From: Azolla caroliniana
Lineage: Eukaryota; Plantae; Polypodiophyta
Direction: 5' to 3'
Assembly (NCBI GenBank): GCA_043228905.1
Contig: JBHGNT010000005.1
Span: 16,120,001 to 16,184,000 of the forward strand
DNA: 64,000 nucleotides
In this document: in pieces, positions 25,301 to 38,757 of the stretch
How positions within the stretch are numbered: position 1 is the first letter of the stretch
Layout: each line of letters starts with the position of its first letter
The notes under the pieces: model-generated
What the model saw: the letters and a program-made list of their open reading frames with translations, nothing else
Databases searched by the model: none
What the model was told of the DNA's origin: nothing
Made by a program: the position numbers and the translations under genes

Positions 25301-28300
25301 ATATCCCATGCCATGAATTATGTTTATTGAGTTGCATTGAGAATTACATTCAAATATAAATTGATTATTTGCAAGCTGTTATTTTTTGAATGTGACAAGT
25401 TTGTTGCACTGAATATGCACAGTTCTATTGCTACATTGATGTAGTTAAATCTTAATAACTCGATTTTTTCTTCTTATGTTGAATGCAGCAAGATAAAACT
25501 TTAAAGGTTGAACTATTTGAAGAGTAATGATTAGTCTTCCCGATTTGAAGTTTGAGTTTGTATTATTTACTTTCCACTGATAAAACCAATGGATAGTAAA
25601 CCCTACATACTCTGGTGAAACTACAAACACTTATTTTATAAAAAGACCAAACATACCGTTTATCTCGAACAATCCGGACATCTCGGACATGGCCATAATG
25701 TGAAAATTTTCTTTCAAGATCCCTCTCTGTCGTATTAAAGCTGAATCCTGCAATAAAAAGGTTTCTTCCCGGTTTCCCAATTCCAGTATTCCGATTAGGA
25801 GGTGGAGACCATGGTCGTTTCCTTGATCGATGATTTTGAGGACTTTGCCTCCTTGGGGAATATCTTCCTTGAGGAGAATATCTTGGCCTGAAACACAGCA
25901 GGAGAAAGCGCCCAAGATCAAGTTTATGTTGAAGAATTCACTTTCGCATGGAAGTGTTGGTATAACAGAACCAAACATAAAAGAATACCATAAAATGTAT
26001 TTTTAAAGAACTTTAAATAAGAATAAAATTATCGCTCTAACCTTAGCACTGATTTTTTCATTATCTTTTGAAAATGACCTCCTTCCAATTAAACTTTTGC
26101 CATAATCCAGTTTATCTATGAACATATGAATTAAGTGTATGTACTATGAATCAGACCTTAAATATACACTCAAAACTACAATAGTTTTGGATAATGTATT
26201 AACTTTGTGTGCACTATATGGATTCAAATGAGTGGGTACCGAAGAGAGGAATGCATAAAAAATTAAAAACTAGAAACATGTATTGTACATGAGTATAAAT
26301 CTACACTACAAGAGAAGTCCATCTTAGGGAGCTTTGATTTCGTTAATCATTTCAGGAATAGCATTAACTTGATGGAACTTACAATGAACTACCAACCCAC
26401 GACAAGAGTGCATTAAGATTCACATCATCAGCATTGATATAAAGTAATGTGAAGTAAATGAAGTTTCCCTTTTACTGAGAGACCTAGCCTACCCACTATG
26501 CTGTAAAATATGTTTTTGCCAAGACTACCATTCCAATATAAGGTTTTTTGTACCAACAAAGCTCAACCTATAAATTCTCACTAAGAAAGATATAATATTC
26601 GAATTAAATAAACAGGAAAATATTGCTGTAGGGGATTCTTGCATTCTTCACGCAATGTTGTGTTGGCCCTATCTCAGGCATTGTTGCAAGATACCATCAC
26701 GATGTCAGAGGTTGTGTCTGTATCTATAAGGTATATGTACACCACACAACAAGTATTCCTGCTGGTTGAAACCATACTTCATAAAGATAGATAGTTATTT
26801 TGATGGCAAAAACCTCCTCTGGTTGTTTCAGCAATGTGCTCCATAATTCTATTAGTTTTTGAATTTTAAAACTATCATTCATTTTGTGTTCTACTTTAGT
26901 TACTTCTTAAAGAGTGGGTTGGCCAAGACGACTTAGTTTCTCACTTAAGAAAGACATTGTAATCAAAGATATAAATTTATGCAAACATTTCTGTATATAC
27001 CCAAGATTCTGAATGTGCACTATTTGTAGTCAAATATTCTCTTCCGTTTCATGAAATTCGGGGCAGGGAAAAACATTCTTGTTGTTAAGAATTTTGATTA
27101 GACAGTATTAATGCCCACACACTATGAGGGAAAATCTTGACTCTTGAGACATTTTGAGTGGTTGAAGAAAAGGTTTCTCATGAAATCTGGCACTGTGCCA
27201 TTTAAAAGAAATAAAGTTACCTGGGTGAATGGCGGTATCTGCGAGGAGGAGTTCTTGAATATGACCCCCTCATGTATCTTGTTCTTGTCTGCGGAGACAC
27301 TGAAGGAGGTGAAAGTTCTCGATACCGCCGAGTGTGAGGAATGTCCCTAGGAGACCTTGAATGATCTCGCTCGATGAGTCTTGCCCTGGGAGACTTCAAA
27401 AGATCTCGCTCAATAAATCTTCTAGAAAAAGATCCCTTAGGAGACCTCGGGGGAAGCTCTAGTTCGATATGTTTTCTAGAAAATGAATCCCTGTGTTCAA
27501 TTTGTCCCCTAGAGAAGGCGTCCCTAGGAGACCTTGAAATATCTTGTTCAATATGCATTCCAGAGGAAGGCTCCCTAGGAGACCTTAAAAGGTTATGCTC
27601 GGTATGTCTTCCCGAAAAAGAATCTCTTATTGGAGAATGTCTTTGATTCAATGTATAATGATAGCTCGCCATCTGCTCAGGAGACCTTTGATGAGGCGGA
27701 GTTCTATGTCCTCTTACTTGAAAATCATCATGAGTGACTGTAGATAGGTATCTCTGTCTATCAGATGGAGGCACTGGAGATAGAGAACTTCCTTTTGCTT
27801 CCACAGCAACCCCTTCGAGTGTTCCATCGTAGTTTCTTTCGTCCAAATTTAGGTTCAATCCATCCCTGAAATTGTATTCCTTTTCTGGTATTACACTACT
27901 TTCTCCTTGATTTTCACGTAGCTTCAAACCATCCATGAGAGGTCCCTTTGGCAGAAAGTCTCCTTTTTTTTCACATAGCCCCAAATCATTGGTGAAACGG
28001 CCTTTCTGCAAGAACTTGTTGGAGTATTCAGGCGGTCCACGGGAGCTTGGAGATTCAATTCCGTCATAACTTTGCTTCTTTCCTTCCAAACTTAGCTCCA
28101 ACCCATCCTTTAACATACATTCATTTTCAAACAGAACATTACATTCTCCTTGGTTTCCACACAGTTTCAAATCCCTCACTAAGCATGGCTGTGGCAAGAA
28201 TCCCCTTTCTCTTCCCACTTGATGCGGCTCCCCTGTTTCTCCTCCCTGCTCTTTCTTGGAGAAAACACCCATTTCTTCTTCCCGATCATTCAACTCCTTA

Positions 28301-28467
28301 CGAATCATGTTTTGTTCTTTCTCTTTGTCTTCTTCTTTTCCGCTTTCGTCCCTTTTAACTTTTTCCTCTTCTTTTTCTTCTTCCTCGTCATCTTCTTCGG
28401 TGAAGGCCTGGTTCAAATCTAGGCCAACAGAGCGTTTTCTGAAGCTATTTAGGTTGCCACTCCTCAT
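22372..28467 (-). CDS. SR45a/Tra2-like RRM protein, 537 aa; coding exons 28467-27221, 25887-25657 and 22507-22372
   Basis: GT-AG junctions (CCAG|GTAACT, TTTCAG|G, AACG|GTATGT, TGCAG|G) keep phase; total 1614 nt. The RRM has RNP2 LFIAGF and RNP1 RGFGFL (PGRNLFIAGFSFNTTERDLERKFSHYGHVRDVRIVRDKRSGDSRGFGFLSL...WNGRIILVEKAK), preceded by an RS/SP-rich region. Confidence 0.88.
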
Positions 28468-28499
28468 GCCTCAATGCTCTGCAAAGGGTATAGATAACA

Positions 28500-28746
28500 G
28501 GGGGGGGGGGGGGGGGGGGGGTAACAAGAAAAAAGATGAGATGGGGTGGGGTGGAGTGGGTTTGAAGCTAAGAATTGAGTGTCAAACGATAAAGACAAGG
28601 AAGGGGAAGCGAACACAAGAGAGAGAGAGAGAGAGGGATGTCTGTCTCTGTCTCTGTCTATGGTGGGTGCTTCCAAGGTATGAGAGGTTGACTGTCAAAC
28701 CCTAACCCTAAAATTGGAGAGAAAAGGAGGGAGAAGATGGTGTAGG

Positions 28747-28782
<36 letters not shown>

Positions 28783-28942
28783 CAAGATTGAGATTTTGGG
28801 TCAGTCGTAGTAGAAGAAGAAGAAGAAGAAGAAGAAGCTCTCTGCAGACAGAGACAGAGAGAAATAGTACAAGTAGACAAAAAAATTAAAAACTAAATAA
28901 ATAAATAATAAAAAGCAACGAGTACTTATACATATGTATGAT

Positions 28943-28974
<32 letters not shown>

Positions 28975-29165
28975 TCCTCCCCCTTTCTCTTCTTCTTCTT
29001 CTTCTTCAAAAAAAAAAAGAAGACATAATGTCTCTCTTCTAGTTTTTGTTGTTTTCCCATTCCATTTGATTACCAATTGCTTCTTAATTGCTTCTGCACA
29101 CGATGACATGCCTCTCCGAGGGTGTTTCGTTGTTCGTTGGTTTTCTGCTTCAAAGAGAGTGAGAA

Positions 29166-29199
<34 letters not shown>

Positions 29200-29350
29200 T
29201 CTATTAATCATCTTAGGAGGTCAAATATGACCTATGAGACCAAAAATATTACATTTCACGTAGTACATGTGAAACTGAGTAGCGACTCTCGATGTGTGCG
29301 TGCGTGTGTGTGTTTGTGTAAGAGAGAGAGAGAGAGAGAGAGAGAGCATA
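28500..29350. promoter_or_regulatory. Microsatellite-dense 5'UTR/promoter of the SR-like gene, including a telo-box
   Basis: G-run at about 28500, (GA)n, (TAG)n, (GAA)n, (TTTA)n and (TAGA)n tracts; AAACCCTAACCCTAA at 28697-28711. Confidence 0.55.
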
Positions 29351-32300
29351 GTTATTGGCCGGGGTTTGATGTTAGCTACCTTTCTACGTTGCTTCCATTC
29401 ACTCAATGTCATACATAGTATGTATGATTGGCAATAAAATCACAAGTGCACACACATACACGACCTTCATGATTGTTCATAAGATGCAAGTATAGATGGG
29501 TTTGAGTTCCCCAGCCATATTGCTTGATGACAATAAGCAAACCCCAATCAAATTGTGGGCTATGATGAATGTGTCTCACATCACACAATAAAGGGTGTGT
29601 GATTTTATTCAGCAATAGTGATTGTTTCGTGGGGTGAGCTATGTTATCTTGATCACGATTGGTACAATGAGATGTTTACCATCCTCATTAGTTTTGTGTA
29701 GGGGGTACAATAAAGCATCTCAATTGATGACATTAGTTTTCCAGGCTAACATTAATGAATAAATTTGAGGTGGTAGCAACGTTCTCATGTCAACCATATC
29801 CGATGCCCTTTGAGTTTGGGCATAACTTTTCAGGAATGAACGTATCATAACAACATGACGTCACCCAGACATGGTGAGGTATGCTACCATGGTCGTGATC
29901 GTCCTCATTGGTGTTGGTTTGGGGGTACAATGAAGCAACAGGGTTGAGAATGTGTTAGACCATTACTGTGTTGGATTAGGGGTGACAATTGGGACATTAG
30001 TTCACCTTATGTTATCTTTAATTTAACATGAATTCAAAGCTTATTGCCATTGCCCATAATTGAGGATGACATTATTCATGTTCATATGCAAAGTTTCTTG
30101 TCTCATACATTGTTTTTAGGCCATAGTTGACCCGTCAATTCACATTGTGTTATATAGAAGTTCACAAAGTTGAATTGTATTGACGCACTACTTAACAAAT
30201 CATGTTCTTGGTTCCATCTAGCTTATCCATCAATTCTTAGATCTCGCCAACGATGGCATTAATGAACTCTTGAATGAATACACACTTTTTCATATTGAAG
30301 GGCCCTTCATTTTATACCTTTTCATGGGTAGTCTTTTCTTCGATCTACATGTATCTTTTTTTTCGAAGGTTACACCCAAGTTGACCTTTCGTTATGAGCC
30401 TTCAAATTTGCTCTCGTTACTATTGCTATTATAAGGCAATATTAATATGAATTATCCTAATTATGTGTATTGGAAAGTTGGTAATCATCATCATCGTAAT
30501 AATAATAACAACAATAAAACTCATCAGATCCAAGTAAAAGAAAAAATCCATTCAAACTTGAGAGTCCAACAATATGCCTATGCAAAGCTTAACAAGTTGC
30601 GAAATAAAGCTCCAACTTTGGAGGCTTCACGAATGTAAGAGAGATTGACAAAGAAATGCCTCTTTTTGACAAAAAACTTAGACTTTCCTACATATTTGGA
30701 AATTGATGGAGACACTCATTTCGTTGTGTAGTACAAGAGTACTTTAGGTTATAAGCAAACGATAGTACTTCGTTTACTTAATGGAAGTACAGTAGCTTCA
30801 TGCCTACAATGAAAATAGTATAATATTTTATGATATGTAGAGATTGGGAATTAGTTACATACTACGACACGACTTTATATGATAACTGAATAGCATGATG
30901 TTTTAACCATAGTTAAGGCAACCAACTAGTAGTATGCAAACTCAAGCTAAATTATTTTAGGAACAAAAACATAAATATATGGTATGATGTGATTATAGCC
31001 TAATGATAGAATTAGATAGCCATGTTCTCACCTTGCGAATGTCTATAACATCTTCACTAGCAAGTAAGACATTAAGTACTAACACTATATGGCAATTTTG
31101 CGTTGATACATTGCAAATGCTGGAATTTCTACAATGAAACTATGAGACATAGATCCACGAATTTGTGATTCTTGAAGGTTTTCTACCTATACCAAAAGGA
31201 TAGTGCCATAAGTGATGTAGTTCGTTTTAGTGAAAAGTATGGATTTCAAGTTCCCCTTTTTCCGTGCTATTGAGGTATGCTTACAAGTTACATAAGACTA
31301 CGTTTCTTTATTTTCAAAATGATTGAGCTATTCTACCTTGAAGCCTTGACACTTCTTGATCATTTAAAAAATGCACAACTCTACCTTAAGTAGTATTAGG
31401 AAAAGAGTGTTGTTAATGACATGGCTGCATGATTATTTCTTTCTCCATCAAGAAATTAGGGCATTCTCTTAATTAGTCAAGCTAGAAGTTAAATTGTGAC
31501 TTATGTTGCCCATTGTAAAGTAGTAAGTTGTAACTATGAAAAATCAAAACAACTTTAATTAAGGAATGAATCCTAATAAAAAACGGCTTCATTTAGATGC
31601 TCTAGTAATCAAAATATTATTTTAGTATTTCCGTAATATTCTATTGTACGTGACTTGAGGTGCATTTTCGAACATAAAATATCCAGTGAGAATCCTTTTA
31701 TACAAAGGGAACCTCGTCTTTAATCATCAAAGGTACAATACCCTCACCTTTTAAGTTATTTATGGTCTTTTGTTTTGGATATACTTCCCCCATCCCAATA
31801 TATGGAGTGATATCAATTATTCCCATGGTACCATAGATACTCTAGAAATCACCATCCATCAAACAATAGACAAATTAATTGGATAGTTTCCTTAAACCTA
31901 TATGTCCCCATACAAGACAAATGTAAGGTGAGGCGCCCAATTAAATGAGCTTGCAAGCAATTAAAGAGTAAAACATTGAGATATGTTATTAAATGGTTTC
32001 TTCTCTCAATCTAGCATGCAATTGAAGTGGCCTCTAAATAATTAAACACGTTTTCGTTATTTATTTAATTAAGCAAGCAAGCACCCTAAGGCCTCTAGGC
32101 TCTTAGATTAATGAGCATATAAAGTGGAATCCCCTCTACTCTAATGTGTTTTGGAAATCACTATTACAGTCAAAGCTAAAGCCATTTTCATGATCATTGC
32201 TCATACTAGGAACTCTTATTGGTGTAGACAAGAACCAACCACCTCTGTAAGTGTGTTCAATAGAGTGTGTGGTGCATTTACTATAGTAGGTGGTTTAATT

Positions 32301-33453
32301 GACACTACATTGGAATCATGGTTGGGGAGGCCACGATCGTAATTTTGACGGGGAAGTTCAATGGTGGATTTAGTGGGGAATGTAGATAAAGAAGAACCTC
32401 ATGTTCTTGATTCCTCCAACCATCAAGAGTTTCTTGGAAAAGGTGAAACACAATTTTTCGAGGGGTGGATTAATTTGGCGATCGCAATCATTTAAAGCAT
32501 GATGAAGGCATCAAATGAGTGTTAACTTCTATAGGGTGAAGAGTAATTACAAGGTGGTTGATGGCTCCATTGTGGCATAAATAATAAGCGATATATGCAT
32601 GTTGAGATGAAACCATTGTGATGAAAAACCTGGAGCAATGTCGGTAGATCTGAAGGATGATGATTATTTGAGAATTGTTAGCCATCATGGAATGGAAGCA
32701 ATGCTTGTCATGCTTAACAACAATATTTAAGAAAACCAATAGTATTTAAGAAAGAGTAGGGGCCAAGCAAAAGTGCTTGTTATCGAAAGTGACAAATGCT
32801 TACAAATTACAATGGTTTAAATGTTGTAACATAGAATCAAGAACAAACCAAAGCAATTTATCAAACAAACATAGAGTACAATAATTGCAATCACAAAGTG
32901 AGAAATCTTCATTAGATTTGTCTCCCTTGATTTCTGATAAGAGCCTTAAATTCTCAAGAAACAAGATATGAAACAATGAAGTTTATGTGCTTTATAGGAT
33001 CTTGGCAATTATCTCAAAAGGGAATTTTGTGCACTTCAAAGACCCCTTGATAATTATTCTAATTCAAGAAATGGCTTAGTTGCCCATCATTGGTTAATCT
33101 CTAAGGATTCATAATCTTTCGCTCATCAATATATTTGTTTTACGAAAAACTACCAAGAAAAAAACCACTTGAAAATACCTTCTCCCAAATAACTTCCCCT
33201 TTAGTTTTTTTAGTTCAGGACTCCTCCCTTTTTTAATTTTGACATAAAGCATGATCACATAAAGGTGGGAACCCATGAAAGCTAGAGGAACATGAAGAGT
33301 GAACTCACACGAAGGCATGAAGCCAAGAAGTTTTGAACTCAAGAAGGACATATTGTGCAAATTTGCATGATGCAAATTACATTAAAGCCATTTCATGCAA
33401 AAATTGCAAGAAGGTCTTAGGATATAAGAGGTTGAGAGGAAATGAGAGATCAT

Positions 33454-33590
33454 TGTTGAGATATCAAGCTCAACTTAGTTTAGCCATTTAGTTAACCACG
33501 TAACTTAGTAGTTACCTAGATAGAATCTAGTTAGTGTGTTGACCTTTTTAACCCTTAAATAGGTTCTTGTACTTGTACGTAAGTGGGGAT
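33454..33590 (+). repeat. LTR fragment related to the copia B/F LTR start
   Basis: TGTTGAGATATCAAGCTCAACTT resembles TGTTGAGAATCAAACTCAACTT at 38055. The right boundary is uncertain. Confidence 0.5.
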
Positions 33591-33842
33591 ACATTCTAGA
33601 TCCTCCACTACCAAGTATATTTAATATAGGATTTACATCCTTGTTGGTGTTCTAGTTCCCGGTGAAAACCGCACATGGTCACTCATGCCCGTTGATGTTC
33701 CAACCTCCAGTGGGGACCTCACATGGTTGCTCACATTCGTTCGTGTTCCTATTTTTGGTGAGGACTCGTTTAGACATCAATCCACTTTGGTTTTGTACTT
33801 CAGCTCACCCTTGCACCATGACTCTTTCGAAAAGGCGGCCGT

Positions 33843-34140
33843 AAAGGGGAGGATAATGTCACAAACAGGACAACAGTCATGTCAAGATTTAAACTCTTGA
33901 CCTCTTATATTGTAGTCAAGCGTTATGTTCTAACCAATACATCGAAATACATGGTCATGTTATGTGTATCTTAGTAGATTATTAGTAGATTATCTATTTC
34001 AAGTTCTAGGAGTTTTTAGAAAGTTTTAGAACTAGAGGGTTCTAGAATGTTCTTTCGAATATTCTCCAGAATATTCTAATGCATGTACTTTGACTCACAG
34101 TATAAATACTTGTAACCTCATTGGTCCCTTTCAAGGGATT
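33843..34140 (+). mobile_element. PPT plus truncated 3' LTR of an unrelated LTR element
   Basis: AAGGGGAGGATAA is followed by TGTCACAAAC at 33857, with a TATAAATA box at about 34101; no matching partner in the window. Confidence 0.5.
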
Positions 34141-34142
34141 CA

Positions 34143-37100
34143 ATGCCAGTGCAAATATTACATCGCGTACAGGCTTCGACATTGGAAGAATTAAATCTCG
34201 CCGACAATGAGAAAGAGCTGAAAATAGTGCTCATAGCAAAAGAGATGCAATCGACTGACAAATCAAGACTGGTCAAACTACTGCGACAATACAGAGATGT
34301 GTTTGCGCGGTCGTTCGAAGATATGAAGGGCCTAGATCCGGCATCTTGCCATCATCAGATTAATCTTCACAAATATGCGCAACCAGTACATCGACGGTAT
34401 CACTTAAACCCGAATTATGCAATAAAGGTAAAAGAGGAAATTGACAAACTGCTGTGAGTCGGCTTTATTTGACTAGTCAAGAAGTCTACTTGGTTAAGTC
34501 TGATAGTTGTGGTGCCTAAAAAGAATGGCAAGATAAGAGTGTGTGTCGACTATCAAAAGCTGAATGTTGCCACAATGATAGATGCATTTTCGTTACCTTT
34601 CACAGATGGAGTGCTGGATGCAGTGGCTGGCCATGAAATATATATTTTCCTAGATGGCTTCAGTGGATATAATCAGATTCGGATGCATTTCGATGACAAG
34701 GAGAAAACTGATTTTGTCACCGAATGGAGTGTATTTGTAGCGGTTGTCATGATGTTCGGGCTTAAAACAACGCCGATTACATTTCAGAGAGTGATCATGG
34801 AAATTTTTATTGAGTATATACTGGCATTTATTTAGGTATTTCTGAATGACTTTGCAATATACAATTGTAGAACTGATCATTTCAAACATCTTCGACTCTA
34901 TTTGGAGAGCTGTCAAGAAGGAAGTTTAAGCTTAAATCTAGCAAAATGCGCATCCGGGGTGACAAGTGGAATGCTGCTAGGACACATTGTTAGTCGGGAT
35001 GGAATTTCCATCGACCCTGATAAAGTCAAAGCAATAATGGAAGCACCACCACCGAAAATGCTAAGGCCTTGAGCCGATTCTTGGGCCAAATTCGATGACA
35101 TAGTCGGATGATTCGGTATTTGGCCAATGTCGTGAGACCTCTTCATGCGGCAATTCATAAAACACCATTCCAGTGGTCGACAACTGAACAAGACACTTAT
35201 GACTGTTTGAAGAAAATGCTGACTGAGGTACCAGTCATGCAACCACACGATTGGGCGAAGTACTTTCATGTTTTTGTGGATGCCTCAGATGTAGCTATCG
35301 GAAGTGCCTTAATGCAATTATCGGAGCCTAACTGGTATATACCAGTGTATTATGCGAGTTGGAAATTGTCGACTGCCTAGCGAAACTATTCAACAATTGA
35401 AAAAGAGGCTCTCGGCATGATATACAGTGTGAACAAGTTTCGACATTACCTACTGGGTCGGAAATTTACTTTCCATGTCGATCATTCTACTCTACTATAC
35501 TAGTGTCAAAACAATCCTTAACCGACAAGCTAGCAAGATGGACACTTCTATATTACAAGAATTTGAATTCGACATTATTCATCATCCAGGAGTGCAACAC
35601 GCGGTAGCCGACTACTTAAGTCGAATGGAGTCGGGAGAGCCAAGTACAGGGGTTCAGGATGATTTTCCAGATGCATAACTGTTTCGAATTGAAGCTGAGA
35701 GTTCGACAAAAGTCGGTGAGGAAGTAGCCGACCTATGGATTACAGAGATGGTAGTATTTCTCAGTAAAGGATTGACTTCGGAGGGCATGGCACCGGACGA
35801 GCGCAAATGATTAGCGATTCGGAGTCGGAATTTCTGTTTAAGGAAACGCTGTATCATAAAAGGAGCCAATAACATATGTGCGGTTCAGCAATTTGAGAAG
35901 GAAGCAGTTTTGCGTAGGCTCATTGCGGTGTGTTTGGAGGACATTATGCAGGCGACGCGACTGTTCGAAAGGTCTGGAACAATGGATTATGGTGGCCAAC
36001 TTTGAAAGATGTAGTTAACTATTGTCGGCAATGTGATTTGTGTCAACAAATTGGTCAACCAAGTGAACGAGATCGAATGCCGCATCAACCAACACTGTTG
36101 TTGGAACCTTTTAAAAAATGGGGTCTCAACTTTGTCGGACCATTCAAACCAGCCGTGGCGAAGACAAGCAATCGATACATCATAGTCACTACCGACTACT
36201 ATACAAAATGGGTCGAAGCCAAAGCTCTTCGGGATAATACAACTTCAACTGCAAAATTCCTCTATGAATGCATATCTTGTAGATTCGGTAGCCCAATTGA
36301 ATTAGTAAGTGATCAAGGCACTCATTTTGTTAATAAATTTATTCATGAATTATCAAACTATTATGCAGTAGTGCATAAAAGGAGTACACCATACTACCCA
36401 CAAGCTAATGGGTTAACCAAGTTGACAAACAAAACAATTAAGACAATTTAGAGGAAGATCGACATGAAAATCGGACCGAGTGTGACTAGAAGCTGCATAG
36501 TGCCCCATGGGCATACCGAACAACATACAAGATGATGATTCGATCGACCCCCTTCAGGATGACATTCATATTAGAAGCAATGATACCGATCGAGTTCCTA
36601 ATTCTGACTCTGCGTGTACATGTGACAGAAAGACTAGATGAGGAATAGTCGGAACGGATTTAGAAGGAACAACTTATTACGTTAGAAGAAAGTCGACTAT
36701 AGTCAATGTGGCATTTAGAGCAGAAACAGAGAAAAACGAAATTGTTTATCTATCGACACCGACAAAACAAGGAGAAACTATTTGCCATTAGTAAACTGGT
36801 ATTAGTCTTTCAGACGAAAATGGGTGCCATGCCAGGTAAACTCTGATTTCGATGCACTGGTCCGTATTGGATTGTCAATAGCAACAAAGGCATGTATGAG
36901 ATCAACACATTAGCTGGTGAAGTCTTACCTATGGGTGAATGGGTTCAGACTCAAGGCTTATCGGGGACTGTCACCAACTAATCCATTCGTACCAGGCGAA
37001 ACAACCGGTAGTCGATCGACTACCCCAGTGATGGTTGGTGGACCATAACCAATACAAGGGGGCATAATTGTAAATATTAAAAATAAAAATAAATAAAATC

Positions 37101-38054
37101 AAGAAAAGACAGTAACAAAAAAAACAAAACAAATAGGAAAATCAAATCTTGGCATTATTACTTCTTGGCACTATCCTTTCCAGACCATATATGGTGTGCC
37201 TATGATTTAGTACTTATTACAAGTGGTGGCTATTAAAGAAGCATTAATAGCAGATATGTCATATCTTGAGTGATGGACCTCTTCAATAGAAAAACTTTTT
37301 CACTTCCTATTCCTGTCATAGAAAAGCACAAACAAACCCTAATACGCAGGAAAACACAGGCGAAGCACATAAAAGCATAGGCGAACAGAGAGCCAAGCAT
37401 AGATGTGCAGATGAAGAACCCTACATAGAGAACACTCTGACTCTCTCCTTCCTGCACTGAACACAACAAGGTAGCAAACGAGCAGGAAGACAACATGCCA
37501 ATGCAAGTTTCCGAACACTTACGTCGCTGGTTGAAGAACAACGACTTGGAAGGTTACCTTCGAATCGTGAATGCTAAACATCACCCATGGGCAACATAAA
37601 TAATCAAAGAAATTGACAATCACGAACAAACAGGTGCGTCGATTCTTGAATCTAAAGAAAGAGAGCTATGATGTAATGGACACATTGGAAGCTGAGATTC
37701 TAGAGTCATATTTCGGGGAATACTCTCATTCGGCCAAAGCCTACCGAACAGAAGGAGGTCCGGATGTATTCTTCCATGATGTAGCAAAATTTCTGTTGGA
37801 AGTGACTTGTGTCAGCCCATGGTCATATTGCATGCCGAAACAGAGGGTTGGGTTCATGATAGCTAAATATGAGGGAAAGAAAATCGACTGGGGATATATC
37901 ACTAGTGTCGTGCCTAGAGAACAACTTCATGGGGTGCAGAATGGGAAAGCCATGAAGCCGATTTTTGCACGGTGGTTGGTGGTATTATGTCCCATACTGG
38001 TAGAAACCGCACCTGAACTCGACACCCAACAAGAACAGGAGCCAACACAAGAAC
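34143..38054 (+). mobile_element. Old, degenerate Ty3/gypsy 'H' (RT-RH-INT plus the start of an extra 3' ORF); relative of gypsy G; continues at 63700-64000
   Basis: Fragments VPKKNGKIRVCVDY, FVDASD, GGHYAG and KWVEAKAL are colinear with 49100-52000. The extra ORF from about 37495 is homologous to 53550 onward and is interrupted at the AGAAC TSD. Confidence 0.9.
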
Positions 38055-38352
38055 TGTTGAGAATCAAACTCAACTTCCGGTGTGTGGGAACACACTCTAG
38101 GATACTCAAGTGTGTGAACATGACGCCACCTCCTTGTATAGTAACTAGTGTGTCATAGAAGTTAATGTTCTATGCCACATATTCTTTAAGTAGTTAAGAC
38201 ACTACCTCTTTCCCAAGAGGCGGTACTAGTGAGAGAACTTAGAGAGAAGGTGGCAACATAAGCACCTCCTCCTTCTCTTTGTTTGTTGTTGGTCATTCTT
38301 GTTCTCCTTGTAATACAGTTTTCTGTATCTCTCTCTCTCTCTCTCTCTCTCT

Positions 38353-38412
<60 letters not shown>

Positions 38413-38757
38413 TTCTTCTACTGCACAAAATCACCCTCAATTCATTACATGGTATCCAAGCGTGTGGTTGCTTGATTGAAGCCCATCGCCTTTGCATGTG
38501 TTGTGCCCAATCCCGTGTTTGGAAAGAACCGGTTGATCGTTGTAGTAGCAATCTGCACATTTCGCATCAAAGAGGAAGAAGAAAAAGCTCGACATGAACA
38601 CTCAGATGGGAAGCACTCTTCCTAGCTCGACAGAAACAACTTTGCATCTTGGGAGTACAAGATGCACCAATACCTTGTCAGCCAAGGTTATTGGAGTTAT
38701 GTCAAAGGAGGAAATGAAAATCAACCCAACCCAACACATGCCGACTACCCAGCTTTT

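Noticed and set aside
25631-25978. 115-aa minus-strand ORF from the track (and 22365-22571)
   Set aside because: Wrong-frame overlaps of exons 2 and 3 of the SR-like gene.
29400-33400. Possible hidden genes in the AT-rich spacer (also 17520-20100)
   Set aside because: Only short ORFs without motifs and faint diverged repeats (about 29640-29940); nothing supportable from sequence alone.
38186-38597. ORFs with CVCV, HTHT and ERER runs
   Set aside because: Translations of (CA)n and (CT)n microsatellites in LTRs.
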